Numbered from the stretch's first letter, positions 10,559-22,126 are shown. The stretch is DNA of 64,000 nucleotides from Planctomycetota bacterium (GCA_046290465.1 JBKAGP010000001.1:2240001-2304000); one strand, 5' to 3'. Program-made: numbers and translations. Notes: a model not told the origin generated them from the sequence alone.

Positions 10559-13147
10559 ATGTTTGATCGCTTCACCGACCGCGCCAAGAAGGTCATGAGC
10601 TTCGCCCGCCAGGAGGCGATGAAGTTCAACCACGAGTACATCGGGACCGAGCACATCCTGCTCGGACTCGTCCAGGAAGGGAGCGGGGTCGCCGCGAACG
10701 TGTTGAAGAACATGTCGATCGACCTCGAGAAGATCCGCCACGAGGTCGAGAAGATCGTCAAGACGGGCCCCTCGATGGTGACCATGGGCCAGCTGCCCTT
10801 CACCCCGCGCGCCAAGAAGGTGCTCGAGCTGTCGCTCGAAGAGGCCTCGCAGCTCAGCCACAACTACATCGGGACCGAGCACCTGCTGCTCGGCCTGATC
10901 CGCGAGAACGAGGGCATCGCCGCGCAGGTGCTGATGAACCTCGGCGTCAAGCTCGACGAGGTCCGCGAAGAGGTGCTCGAGTTCCTCGGTGCCTCGGAGA
11001 ACGGCGACGACGACGGCGACGGCCCCGAGCAGGGCGGCGGCGGCGGCGGTTCGGGCGGTTCGGGATCGGGCTCGCCGTCGGGCAACACCAAGTCCAAGAC
11101 GCCGGCCCTCGACTCGTTCGGTCGCGACCTGACCGAGCACGCGCGCGACGCCAAGCTGGACCCGGTCATCGGCCGCGACCAGGAGATCGAGCGCGTCATC
11201 CAGATCCTGTCGCGCCGCACCAAGAACAACCCGGTGCTGCTCGGTGAGGCCGGCGTCGGCAAGACCGCGATCGTCGAAGGCCTGGCGCAGCACATCGTCA
11301 AGGGCACCGTGCCCGAGATCCTGCGCCGCAAGCGCCTGGTCGTGCTCGACCTCGCGATGATGGTCGCCGGCACCAAGTACCGCGGCCAGTTCGAGGAGCG
11401 CATCAAGGCGGTGATGACCGAGGTGCGCCGCGCCAAGGACGTCGTGCTGTTCATCGACGAACTGCACACGCTGGTCGGCGCCGGTGGCGCCGAGGGCGCG
11501 ATCGACGCCAGCAACGTGCTCAAGCCGGCGCTGTCGCGCGGCGAGGTGCAGTGCATCGGCGCGACCACGCTGGACGAGTACCGCAAGTACATCGAGAAGG
11601 ACGGCGCGCTCGAGCGTCGCTTCCAGACCGTCAACGTCGAGCCGCCGACGCCCGAGCAGACCATCGAGATCCTCAAGGGTCTGCGCGACAAGTACGAGGC
11701 CCACCACCGCGTCACCTACACCGACTCGGCGTTCGAGGCCGCGGTCGAGTTCTCGACGCGCTACATCACCGGCCGCTTCCTGCCGGACAAGGCGATCGAC
11801 GTGATCGACGAGGCCGGTGCGCGCGTGCGCATCAAGTCGATGACGGCTCCGCCGGACCTGCGCGAGATGGACGCCGAGGTCGCGCGCCTGAGCAAGGAGA
11901 AGGAAGAGGCCGTCGCCGGCCAGGACTTCGAGCGCGCCGCGGACCTGCGGGACCAGGCGTTCAAGCTCAGCAAGAAGAAGGAAGAGATCCAGCGCGAGTG
12001 GCGCGAGCGCGAGAACTCGCGCGAATCGGGCGGCAAGGTCGACGACGAGGTGATCGCCGAGACCGTCTCCAAGATGACGGGCATTCCGCTGCAGCGCCTG
12101 GACCAGGCCGAGGCGGAGCGCCTGCTCAACATGGAGAAGGAGCTGGGCAAGGACGTCATCAACCAGGATCCGGCCATCCAGGCGATCGCCAAGGCGGTGC
12201 GCCGCTCGCGCGCCGGCCTCAAGGACCCGAACCGCCCGATGGGTTCGTTCGTGTTCCTCGGCCCGTCGGGCGTCGGCAAGACCTGGCTGAGCAAGTGCCT
12301 GGCCAAGTTCATGTTCGGCAGCGAGGACGCGATCATCCAGATCGACATGTCCGAGTACATGGAGAAGTACAACGCCTCGCGACTCGTCGGCGCGCCCCCG
12401 GGCTACGTCGGCTACGAGGAAGGTGGCCAGCTGACCGAGAAGGTCCGCCGCCGCCCGTACTCGGTCGTGCTGCTCGACGAGATCGAGAAGGCGCACCCGG
12501 ACATCTTCAACATGCTGCTGCAGATCATGGAGGAAGGCCGCCTGACCGACTCGTTCGGCCGGCACATCGACTTCCGCAACGTGATCCTGATCCTGACGTC
12601 GAACATCGGCGCCAACCTGATCAAGAACAGCACCGGCCTCGGCTTCGGCAAGTCCGGCAAGGACCAGGGCCAGGACAAGATGCGCGAGATGATCATGGGT
12701 GAGGTGGAGCGCCACTTCCGCCCGGAGTTCATCAACCGCCTCGACGAGATCGTGATCTTCAACCAGCTCACCAAGGACGACATGCAGCGCATCGTCGAGA
12801 ACGAGCTGGTCAAGGTGAACGAGCGCATGAACGACAAGGGCCACGACCTGGTGATCAGCCAGCCGGTGATCGACTGGCTGATCCAGAAGTCGTTCCACGA
12901 GGACTTCGGTGCCCGCCCGCTGAAGCGCGGCATCGAGAAGCACCTCGAGGACCCGCTGTCGGAGAAGATCCTGCAGGGCTCGCTCGACACGCCGTACACG
13001 ATCACGGCGACGATGGCCGACGAGGACACCGTCACGTTCGAGATGGTCGAGCGCGAGGTCGAGCCGAAGGATGACGACGCCGCGTCGGCCACGGTCGGCG
13101 AAGGCGACGACGACAACGGCGACGACGCACCCAGCTCCGACTCCTGG
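10559..13147 (+). CDS. clpC: ATP-dependent Clp protease ATPase ClpC; expected stop is missing and the frame stays open to 14659
   Basis: [12 protein letters not shown]lp-N repeats, two AAA modules ([16 protein letters not shown]), UVR-type M domain; acidic tail ends DDAPSSDS followed by TGG at 13145-13147. Confidence 0.93.
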
Positions 13148-13241
13148 TCGGCCCCTGGACCACCGGCACTCGGGGACCACCGGCAACGCGGGCGGCGGCA
13201 GATTCCTGCCACCGCCCGCGTTTGCGTACCCCTGGTAGTGC

Positions 13242-14309
13242 GTGAAGGACGCCTACCTGATGCTCGCGCTCGCCGAGGGCTTCGACGAGTCGCCGTGTGC
13301 GGCCGTGCTGCAGCACGGCGTCGACCCGGTGCAGCTGCTGCTCGACCCGCCGCGACCGCCGGACGTGCCGCCCCGCGTCGCCGGTCGGCTACGGGCCACC
13401 GACCTCGCCCAGCAGGCCGCCGACGTGCGCGCCCGCTGCGGCGAGCTCGGCCTGCAGGTGCTGACGCCCGAGCATCCGGACTGGCCGATGCAGCTGTCCG
13501 AGCAGGCGATGCCACCGCTGGCGCTGTTCCTGCGTGGCGATCCGGCGGTGCTGCACCGGGATCCATCGGTCGCGGTGGTCGGCAGCCGCACCCCCACTCC
13601 CTACGGCCTCGACGCCGCCACCACGCTCAGCGCAGCGTTGACCCGGGCCGGGGTCGTGCTGTGGAGCGGACTGGCCCGCGGCGTCGACGCGGTCGCGCAC
13701 CGGACCTGCCTCGAGCACGGCGTGCCGACCGTGGCGGTGCTCGCCGGCGGCCTCGACCACGTCTATCCGGCCGAGCACGCCGAGCTGGCCGACCGCATCG
13801 CCAGCGACGGCGGCTGCCTGGTGAGCGAACTGCCGCCCGGCCGGCGGGCGCGACGCGGCCACTTCGTGCGGCGCAACCGCCTGCTCGGCACCGGCCCGGC
13901 CGCGGTGGTCGTCGCCGAGGGCAGCCTGACCTCCGGCACGCTGCACACCGCCCGGTTCGCGGCCGAGAACGGCAACGACGTGTTCTGCGTGCCGGGGCCC
14001 TGGCGCAGCGAGCGCAGCCAGGGCTGCCACCGGCTGATCGCCGAGGGCGCCTGCATCGTCGAGTCCCCCGAGTCGCTGCTGCTGGACCTCGGGCTGACCA
14101 CGCGCGACCCGGCCACGGCGCTGCGGCTGGCGCACGGCGCCGACGAGCAGGCGCTGCTGCTGGCCCTGCAGGCGGGCCCGCGTCCGACCGACCTGCTGCG
14201 CCGCGAGGCCGGCCTCGATCGCGTCCGGTTCGTGCGCGCGCTGGCGGCGCTGCAGAACAGCGGCTCGATCACGAGGCTCGACGGGGACCTGTGGCGGCAG
14301 GCACCGTAG
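13242..14309 (+). CDS. dprA: DNA-processing protein DprA
   Basis: VAVVGSR, SGLARGVDAVAH, VLAGGLD-VYP, LVSELPPG, FVRRNRL, VVVAEG-SGTL-TA, VPG; C-terminal winged helix. Confidence 0.93.
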   Translation: MKDAYLMLALAEGFDESPCAAVLQHGVDPVQLLLDPPRPPDVPPRVAGRLRATDLAQQAADVRARCGELGLQVLTPEHPDWPMQLSEQAMPPLALFLRGDPAVLHRDPSVAVVGSRTPTPYGLDAATTLSAALTRAGVVLWSGLARGVDAVAHRTCLEHGVPTVAVLAGGLDHVYPAEHAELADRIASDGGCLVSELPPGRRARRGHFVRRNRLLGTGPAAVVVAEGSLTSGTLHTARFAAENGNDVFCVPGPWRSERSQGCHRLIAEGACIVESPESLLLDLGLTTRDPATALRLAHGADEQALLLALQAGPRPTDLLRREAGLDRVRFVRALAALQNSGSITRLDGDLWRQAP

Positions 14310-14362
14310 GCAGGCCCCCCCCCAGGCAGGCCCCCCAGGCAGGACCCCCAGGCAGGAGCCCC
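14307..14362. repeat. Degenerate tandem repeat (aggcaggccccc) directly after the dprA stop
   Basis: taggcaggccccccccc aggcaggcccccc aggcaggaccccc aggcaggagcccc. Confidence 0.75.
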
Positions 14363-14386
14363 GAGCAAGGCCCCTGGCGCAGCTCC

Positions 14387-14581
14387 TCAGAACCCGATGA
14401 ACAGCAGTTCGAGCACGGTCATGACGACCAGCAGCACGGCGGTCCAGACCAGCCAGCGAACGGTGCGCGCGACGGCCCCCTTGATGGTGTCGGCCGCCGT
14501 CTGGTGCTGCTGGGCGACCACGACGATCGCGATCAGGAACAGCACCGGCACGAACACCGCGATGCGGAAGAACAGTTCCAT
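14387..14581 (-). CDS. Small 2-TM membrane protein (64 aa)
   Basis: MELFFRIAVFVPVLFLIAIVVVAQQH...; ATG overlaps the upstream stop. Confidence 0.75.
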   Translation of the reverse strand: MELFFRIAVFVPVLFLIAIVVVAQQHQTAADTIKGAVARTVRWLVWTAVLLVVMTVLELLFIGF

Positions 14582-15468
14582 CAGGCCGTCGCCTCCCCGT
14601 TCGGCGCGGTGCCGCCAGCGGCGGGCATCGGGAACACCGAACGTTCGGCGATCGTGTAGGCGTCGCACATGACGACCAGGTTCATCAGGCCGGCGACGGT
14701 GCACAGCACGATGCCCAGATCCAGGTCGATCGGCGTCTCGACGCTGCGCATCGGCCCGGTGACCAGCGCGGCGAACAGCGAGCCGCCGCCGAACAGGTTC
14801 TGGCCGATCCACCAGACGCCGTACTGCGCGCGATCGACCGCGTGGCCGCCGCTGAAGAACAGCCCCATCGCGAACACGGCCAGCACGGCGAGGCCCATCA
14901 GCATGCCCTTGTCCTTCTGGCCGGCCTTGGCGTGGCCCAGGCCGGGGACGAGCCACGACAGGCCGGCGCACAGCGCCGGGTTGGCGACCGGCCGCGGCAG
15001 CGCGCCGGCCTCGTCCTTCTTGCCGTCGCGGCGCAGCTTGAGCTCCCAGTGCCCGGCCGCCGCCCAGAACGCGGCGAGCATGCCCGACGCGGCGGTGACC
15101 CAGCCGGCGATGTGCTCCATGTCGCGCGGCAGCCGCTGCATGCGCAGGCCGGTCGCCGAGCCGTCGTAGGCCATCAGCGCACCCAGCACCTGCCCCGGCA
15201 GGTTGAGGATCTCGGGCAGCACCGGCAGGCCGAGCTGGGCGAAGTTGTCGAACGACGACTGGCCGTCCGGGACGCCGAGGCCCCAGTAGAACAGTCGTTC
15301 GCCGACCACCATCCAACCGACGAACAGCACCGCGGTGCAGCTCGCGAAGGCCGTCAGGGCCTGCTGCTTCTGGCCGAGCTGCCACTGCAGCAGGCCGGGC
15401 ACGAAGCCCATGATGAAGGCCGGCAGGCCGTTGCCCTTGGCAGGGTCGATGCGGTTCGAGTCAACCAT
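14581..15468 (-). CDS. Membrane protein, DUF6677-like, with two internal repeats
   Basis: Repeated motif FVPGLLQ / LSWLVPGLGH; VLCTVAGLMNLVVMCDAY. Confidence 0.7.
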   Translation of the reverse strand: MVDSNRIDPAKGNGLPAFIMGFVPGLLQWQLGQKQQALTAFASCTAVLFVGWMVVGERLFYWGLGVPDGQSSFDNFAQLGLPVLPEILNLPGQVLGALMAYDGSATGLRMQRLPRDMEHIAGWVTAASGMLAAFWAAAGHWELKLRRDGKKDEAGALPRPVANPALCAGLSWLVPGLGHAKAGQKDKGMLMGLAVLAVFAMGLFFSGGHAVDRAQYGVWWIGQNLFGGGSLFAALVTGPMRSVETPIDLDLGIVLCTVAGLMNLVVMCDAYTIAERSVFPMPAAGGTAPNGEATA

Positions 15469-15515
15469 CGCGCGAACAGGTTAGCGAGGGGCCGGCCCGT
15501 CCGCACCCGCAGTCG

Positions 15516-17105
15516 CTACTTCTCGGGCATGTCGACGACCCAGGCGCGCCAAACCTTCTCGAGTTCGTCGAGATCGATGCCGTCGAGGGTCTCCCGCAGC
15601 GCCTTCTTGCGGGCCTGGAATCCCGCGACCTGCTTGTTCTGCAGGGTCGGCTCGGCGCCGAACGGCTTCAGCTCCGCCCGGTAGGCCTTCTGCACCGCCG
15701 CGAAGTAGGTGTCCAGGATCTTGGACCAGCGTTCGTGCTGCTCGACCTCCTTGCTGTGCTTGAGGAAGTAGACGAACGCCCAGGCGCCGGCGTAGTAGTC
15801 GCCGATCCGCGAGCGGTTGTAGAACTGCGCCCGCTCGGCCTTCAGGATCTTGTCGAGCGGCAGCCAGCCCTTGCCCTCCGAGGCCATGCGCTTGGCACGC
15901 TCGATCCGCCACGGGCTCGGCTTGATGTGGCGCACGCGGCCGGTGTTGGTGTGCACGACCGCCCCCGAGAAGTAGTCGCCGTAGCCCTCGTTGAACCAGT
16001 CGTGCGGCGAGAACTCGCCGATCGCATAGAAGATGTACTGGTGGAAGGCCTCGTGCCGCAGCACCAGCATCGAGTCCTTGCTCGACAGCTTGCGGCCCCG
16101 CATCGCCTTCTTCTGCTCGGCGGTCAACGTGCGCTGCGTGTAGCTGTAGTCGAACAGCACCAGCTCCTCGTTGCCGGGGTGCCAGTAGCCACCGGTGTTC
16201 GGCGGGCCGCCGTACTGGTGGTACTCCTCCTTGGTCTGGCACAGCCGCAGCACGCTGACGCGGTCGACGTTGCCCGACGGCGGGAACAGCTCCATGTAGA
16301 ACGAGCGCATCGCCTCGATGTCGCGCGCGATGCGCTTGATCAGGCCCTTGTTCTTGGTGTGGTGGACGATCAGGTAGTTGTCGGTATCGACCGCCTTCCA
16401 GCCCTTGGCGAGACCGGCCCGGATCTTCTTGCGCCACTCGATGCCGCCGAGCTTGCTGCGTCGGTAGATCCGGTCGATGCGCTCGGAGACCATGCCCGAC
16501 GCGCCGTCACGCTCGTTGACCTCGATCGACCTGGCGATGCGGTCGACGATCTTGTCGAGCTTGTCGATGTGGCCGTCGATCGACCACGCGTAGACCCCGA
16601 CCACCTTGCTGCCGAAGCGCTTGCGGATCAGCCGGCCGCCGACCCGGTAGCGGCCGAAGTTGCGCTTGCTGACCAGCTCGAACTCGTCCTTCTCGCCGCT
16701 GACCGAGCGCAGGTCGAACGGCAGCCGCTTCTCGAACTCCTCCCACGACGACACCCGGCTGCGTGCCTCCATCGCCTCGCGCACCGTCGACGGCCCGCGC
16801 GCCTCACCGGCTTCGCCGCCGGCGGTCACCGGCGCCGTGCCGTCCTCGAACTGGAAGATTCGCAGCTCGGGCGCGATCGCCTTGACCACCCGCGGGTCGG
16901 TCTTCTTCAGCTCGCGCGGCGTCTTGTCGAGCACGAACTTGGCGACCAGCAGCTGCTCGGTCGGCGGCAGCGGGACCTCCTTGTACGAGGTCGAGTAGTA
17001 GAACGTCAGCGGCGCGAGCTTGTTCTCGTAGGTCTTGAAGCCCGGCGGCGCCTGCGCGATCGCGACCGACGAGAGCAGGAGAAGGGGCAGGGACCTGAGC
17101 GCCAT
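15516..17105 (-). CDS. Secreted DUF1570-like zincin-motif protein
   Basis: Signal peptide; LRHEAFHQY...WFNEGYGDYF; YAGAWAFVYFL. Confidence 0.8.
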   Translation of the reverse strand: MALRSLPLLLLSSVAIAQAPPGFKTYENKLAPLTFYYSTSYKEVPLPPTEQLLVAKFVLDKTPRELKKTDPRVVKAIAPELRIFQFEDGTAPVTAGGEAGEARGPSTVREAMEARSRVSSWEEFEKRLPFDLRSVSGEKDEFELVSKRNFGRYRVGGRLIRKRFGSKVVGVYAWSIDGHIDKLDKIVDRIARSIEVNERDGASGMVSERIDRIYRRSKLGGIEWRKKIRAGLAKGWKAVDTDNYLIVHHTKNKGLIKRIARDIEAMRSFYMELFPPSGNVDRVSVLRLCQTKEEYHQYGGPPNTGGYWHPGNEELVLFDYSYTQRTLTAEQKKAMRGRKLSSKDSMLVLRHEAFHQYIFYAIGEFSPHDWFNEGYGDYFSGAVVHTNTGRVRHIKPSPWRIERAKRMASEGKGWLPLDKILKAERAQFYNRSRIGDYYAGAWAFVYFLKHSKEVEQHERWSKILDTYFAAVQKAYRAELKPFGAEPTLQNKQVAGFQARKKALRETLDGIDLDELEKVWRAWVVDMPEK

Positions 17106-17147
17106 GCGCTCAGGATAGCCGTTCTGCGGCCGGCGTGCCCGCCCGGC

Positions 17148-19580
17148 CTACGCGCGCGCCAGCTTGTCGACCGCGACGAATGCCACGACGTAGATCGCGA
17201 CCGCGGCCAGCAGCACGAACGTGAAGCCGAAGTTCATCGATACGATCACGGTGAACACCGAGCCCACCACCGTCGCCGAGCCGTTCACGGCCCACGCCCA
17301 GGGAACGAATCCCGGCGACAGCCGGCGCAGCAGCCCGACGCCGTGGGCGAACGGCATGCCGAGCAGCAGGCCGAGCGGCGCGACCATCGCGGCCGCGACC
17401 AGCGCGCGCGTCGTCAGGTCTTCGCCGATCACCGACGCGATCAGCTGGTCGCCCCAGATCACGATGGCGACCGTCACCGCGCCGATCAGCAGCGGGATCA
17501 TGCGCGCGACCCAGACCCCGCCCTTGAGCAGCGGCCCGGACAGGAAGCTGCCAAGGCCGCTGAAGATCAGGATCGAGAACAGCGTCACCACGATCGAGTA
17601 GAGCGGCTGCCCGAGCAGCAGCGTCAGCTTCTGCATGATCGCGATCTCGAGGAAGATGAAGCCGACGCCGATGCCCGAGAAGTACGTCAGGAAGCGCACC
17701 GGATGCGCGCCGCGCACCGCGCCGAGCCGGAACAGCAGCGGCCCGACGATCAGCAGCAGCGCGACCACGGCCGAGAAGCCGAGTTGGTAGAACAGGAACT
17801 TCGGGCTGCCCTGGTTGAGCTCGACGCCCTCGTCGATCGCCTCGTCCTGCAGCTTCTCGGGCGCGTCCCACCGCGTGAAGTTGAAGAAGTACGGCTGGTC
17901 GTCGGTCGTCGGCGAGATGTTCCACTCGAAGCCGTCGATGAACGCCTGCTTGTCGCCCTCGCGCACGAACTTCGCCACGACGTTGTCGAGCTGGTCGCGG
18001 CCGGGCGCGTAGAGCACCCGGTGGCCCGACTCCGCGACGAACGCGTCGAACCGCTGCAGCTCCTCGCTCGGGAACGCGCCCTTGCGCACCATCAGCGTCG
18101 TCAGGTCGCGCGCGGCCAGCATGACCACCGACCGGTCGAGGCCCTGCACGCCCATCTCGACGAACGCCTGGTGCACGTTCGACAGCAGCCGCAGGCGTTC
18201 CCGGTTGGTGCCCATCCGGGTGATCTGCATGATGCCGCCGTCGGCGAGCCGTTCGTACATCTGGCGCACCGCCTCGACGGTGTAGAGGTAGTTCTCCGCC
18301 AACACGTAGGCGCCGCTCGCGAGCGACGTCCACGTGTCGATGCCGGTCATCTGGATGACGTCGTACTGCGACTCGTCGCGCATCAGCGCCGAACGGCCCT
18401 CGTCGCAGACGAACACGACGTCGGGGTCGTCGAGCAGCCCCTTCGACATGTGCCGCGCGACGGTGTCGTGCACCTCGAGCACGCCGCGGTTGAGCTCGAT
18501 GCCCTTGATGAAGCTGGCCCCGAGCAGCTTGTGCGCCCAGATGTCCGGGCCGCCGCCGACCCCGATCACGAACACGCGCGGCTGCGTGCCCTGCTTGACC
18601 GCACCCGAGACGGCGTAGAGCGTGCGCTGCAGGAACTGCTGCGACAGCTCGTTGGTCGTGTAGTCGGTGACGAACGTGCCCGCGTCCCCGTCCTGCATGA
18701 TCCACTTCTGCTCGCCGAACTCGGACTGCGGCACGGTCTTCAGCCTCTGCAGGTCCTTCGGCCCGACGCCGTAGGCATACCACCCGGGCAGCGGCGTCGG
18801 GATCACGTCGATGCGGCTGTTGGCGCTCCAGCGCGAGTAGTCCTTCGCGCCCTCGATCGACATCCACTGCTCTTGCGTGATCTGCAGCTTCTTCTTGGTC
18901 GGCACCGGGAACGCGTCGTCGACGCCCGACACCATCGCGACGCCGAACGCCGCGCCGAGCACCAGCACGATCGCCCAGTTGACCCCGCGCACCACCTTGG
19001 GGGCGACCAGCGCGATCGTCAGCACGCCGAGGATCGCGACCGCGCACAGCGTGCCGCCGGCGCCGACGGGCCACAGCAGCACCGGGCACAGCAGACAGCC
19101 GAGGGCGGCGCCGACCAGGTCGCTGGCGTAGAGCCGGTTCACCCGTTCGCTGTAGGCCGACAGGATCAGGCCGACGGCGCCACCGCCGAAGAAGAACGGC
19201 ACCGCCAGACCGAGGTTGTAGATCGCGAACGTCTGGAAGCCCGCCCAGTCGAGGTCCTGGAACTTGAGCGAGTCCGGGATCGGCCAGGCCCGCGCGAACC
19301 ACCAGATCGCCAGCAGGCTGATCACTTACATCACGCTGAACCCCCAGATCCACGCCTCCGGGTTGTTGCGCCACCTGCGCTCGAACAGGGTCAGCACCGA
19401 GCCGCTGGCGCCGATGCCGAGCAGGCTGTTGGAGATGATCAGGAAGCTGAAGTGGAAAGCGAGGCGCAGCGCGCAGACGCGCGTCAGCAGCACCTGGAAG
19501 GCGAGCAGTGAGGCCGAGAGGACGGCGATCCCGAGGAACATGCCGAGCGGCACCTTCCGTTCGGAGGCGGATTCAGTCAT
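17148..19580 (-). pseudogene. Membrane protein fused to a spermidine-synthase-like SAM domain, interrupted by an in-frame TAA (real or sequencing error)
   Basis: ORFs 19326-19580 and 17148-19325 are contiguous and in the same frame; LYASDLVGAALG, VFVIGVGGGPD, DEGRS, YDVIQ, ENYLYTVEA, TTDDQPYFF, WAWAVNG. Confidence 0.8.
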
Positions 19581-19740
19581 TGGAGAGGCGAGCGCGGCGG
19601 CGCGATAGCGAGGGGTAGAATGGTAGCCCTACACCCACGGGCGGGAACCGCCAACTGCATCCTTCTCCCAGCCCCCCATGCGACCGTCGCTTCGCACGAC
19701 GCTCACGGTCTCTTGCGGGAAACCTCGGCCCGCCGACGCG

Positions 19741-21024
19741 TCAGCGCGCGCCGAACACCTGCGCGCGCGTCAGCCGATGGCGCCGCGTGCCGCTCGGCGC
19801 GGCGACGATGCCGCCTTCGGCGTGCTCGGCCACGCGCACCTCGAAGCACCACGGCTCGTGCCGGAACACCAGCGAGTGCAGCGTGCCGAAGTGGTGGCCG
19901 CCGCCGGCTTCGACCGACGCCAGCATCCGCCACGCCTCGTCGACGTCGACCTTCTCGTCGCCGACTTCGATGCAGCCGGTGATGCCCTGCTGCAGCGTCT
20001 GCTCGCGCCCGCGGCTGTCCGGCGACGACTGCCGGCCGTCCTCGCGGGTGCGAAAGTGGTTGGTGACCACGAACGGCCCGGGCTGCACCGCACCGAGCAC
20101 GCTGTCGTGCGCGTCGGTCTCGAACAGCGCCGCCGGCGTGCCGGACTCGGGCACCTCCGGCAACACGACGTGGGTCAGGAATCCCGCCGGCGGGCTGGTG
20201 TACTCGAGGTGCTCGCGCGCCTGCCGCAGCCGCGCGTCACCGCGCCCGTCGGACTCCAGCACCTTGCGCGCGGCGATCGCCGACGGCCACGACGAAGGCT
20301 CCGGCAGCGAGAACTTCGCCGAGCCGACGTGCAGGTAGGCGGCGACGCCATCGGCGCTGACGCCGGTCACCGTGCCGACGTAACCCGGCCACGCCAGCGA
20401 CGCGACCTTGCGGCCGTCGCCGTGCTCCTGCACGACCAGCAACGTCTCCTTCAGCATGTGCTCGCCGGTCAGCGGCCAGTCGAAGTTGCGCGCGGTCAGC
20501 ACGCCGCCGCCCACGACCTGGTCGCCCCACACGGTGAAGCTGCTGCAGCCCATCAGGCCGAACACGTCGAGCGCGTTGGCGACCAGCAGGTCGGTCTTGT
20601 CGAACGCACGTCCGAGCGCCGGCATGTCGAGGTCGACGCCGGCCTCGAGCAGGCCGCGCCACAGGGCCTCGAGTTCGCGCGCGATGTCGTCGGGATACTC
20701 GATCAGGCGCGGCACCGCGCCGCGCGCCTGGTCGAGCAGCTCCGGTGCCGAGGCGAACCGCGCCGCGAACTCCCGACGCATGATCGTCGCGATGTCGCCG
20801 GCGAGCAGCAGCCCGTGCGCATGGCCGCGCTGCTCGGGCGTGCCCCACAGGCGCAGCACGCGCAGGCCGTCGTGCCGTTCGATCCGGCCGTGCAGCTCGG
20901 AGCCGCGCGAGGCCGGGCTGCGCGCCGCGCGCCGGTCGGGGGCGCCGTCGAGGATCTGCCCGGTGCAGGCGCCCAGAGCCGCCGCCAGGATCACGGCGAA
21001 CGCCGCGCGGAGCCGTTGCTTCAT
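19741..21024 (-). CDS. C45 family Ntn-hydrolase (autoproteolytic acyltransferase/peptidase), lipoprotein
   Basis: Lipobox LGA-C; LWGTPEQRGHAHG; G|CSSF nucleophile; LTARNFDW; VTNHF. Confidence 0.85.
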   Translation of the reverse strand: MKQRLRAAFAVILAAALGACTGQILDGAPDRRAARSPASRGSELHGRIERHDGLRVLRLWGTPEQRGHAHGLLLAGDIATIMRREFAARFASAPELLDQARGAVPRLIEYPDDIARELEALWRGLLEAGVDLDMPALGRAFDKTDLLVANALDVFGLMGCSSFTVWGDQVVGGGVLTARNFDWPLTGEHMLKETLLVVQEHGDGRKVASLAWPGYVGTVTGVSADGVAAYLHVGSAKFSLPEPSSWPSAIAARKVLESDGRGDARLRQAREHLEYTSPPAGFLTHVVLPEVPESGTPAALFETDAHDSVLGAVQPGPFVVTNHFRTREDGRQSSPDSRGREQTLQQGITGCIEVGDEKVDVDEAWRMLASVEAGGGHHFGTLHSLVFRHEPWCFEVRVAEHAEGGIVAAPSGTRRHRLTRAQVFGAR

Positions 21025-21040
21025 CGCTGCATGCTACCGC

Positions 21041-22126
21041 TCACCGCAGCGGATCGTCGAGCTGCGGCGGCTCGTCGCCGAGACTCCGTGCCAGCGCGAC
21101 CCGCAGCTCGCGAAGGCCGGCGACGCACTCGCGACGGGCCTGCTCGCAGTCGACGGCGACCTGGAAGTAGCGCCAGAACAGGTCCGGGTTGCTGCGCTCG
21201 TCGAGCTCCTGCAGCGCCGCCAACCGCGCGCGTCGGGACGGCCACGACTCCGACGTCGGCGTCGCCGCCTCGAAGGCCTGCAGCTGCCCGATCGCGCGGC
21301 CGACGCGCTCGACGCCGGCGTGCCAGGCCGAGAAGCCGTACTGCCACAGCTGGTACGGGTTCGCGAAGCCCAGGTCCTCGGCGGTCGGGTTGCCGCGCTC
21401 GACCAGCGTGACCAGGTCGACCAGCACCGGCGCCAGGTCGACCTCGACCGGCAGGGTCGGTTCGGCCGCGGCGAGCGCATCGGCGGCGCGACGCCGCTCG
21501 GCCTCCGGCAGGCCCGTCAGCCAGCGGGCGTCGGCGACCGCGACGGTGCGTTCCACCACCAGCGCCCCCATCATCTTGCCGACCGCCGTCGAGTGGCCGC
21601 ACAGGTCGACGCCGGTGGCGAGCGCGACGGTCCATTCGTCGACGCGCACCGTCGGCTGCGTCGCGAAGCGGGCGCGCACCAGCACCCCGTCGACCAGCGG
21701 CATCAGCCCGTAGAGCGGGTCCCAGTCGCGCGCGGTGCCGAACGCCGCTCGCCAGAACATGCTGCCCTCGGTGCGCGCCGCGTCGCGCAGCTTCTGCAGC
21801 GCCTCCGCCGGCAGTTGGGCCGCGAGCTGCAGCGCTTCGTCCGCGTCGCCGCCGCGGTCCTCGAGCGCCGCGCGCAGCCGTTCGCCGAGCTGGTTGGGCA
21901 CGCCGAGCATCGCCCGGCCGGCCTGCCGGTAGGTACGGCGCGCGTCGCCGGGCAGCGGGTCCCCGAGCAGCACCGGACAGGTGTGCGACGAAGCCGCCAT
22001 GCGATCGAGGCGCGAGCGGGCCCAGCGCACGTCCTGCGACCAGCCGTTCGAATCGGCGGTCAGGCTCGCGACGACGAGCAGGGTCAGGACGGTCAGCGCC
22101 AGCAGCGCCCATCGCAGGGTGGACAT
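21041..22126 (-). CDS. Hypothetical helical protein with an N-terminal membrane anchor
   Basis: N-terminal hydrophobic helix; co-oriented with both neighbours. Confidence 0.65.
   Translation of the reverse strand: MSTLRWALLALTVLTLLVVASLTADSNGWSQDVRWARSRLDRMAASSHTCPVLLGDPLPGDARRTYRQAGRAMLGVPNQLGERLRAALEDRGGDADEALQLAAQLPAEALQKLRDAARTEGSMFWRAAFGTARDWDPLYGLMPLVDGVLVRARFATQPTVRVDEWTVALATGVDLCGHSTAVGKMMGALVVERTVAVADARWLTGLPEAERRRAADALAAAEPTLPVEVDLAPVLVDLVTLVERGNPTAEDLGFANPYQLWQYGFSAWHAGVERVGRAIGQLQAFEAATPTSESWPSRRARLAALQELDERSNPDLFWRYFQVAVDCEQARRECVAGLRELRVALARSLGDEPPQLDDPLR

Noticed and set aside
10466..14659. 1397-aa ClpC fusion protein
   Set aside because: The extension is Arg/Ala/Pro-rich shadow sequence overlapping a well-formed dprA in another frame
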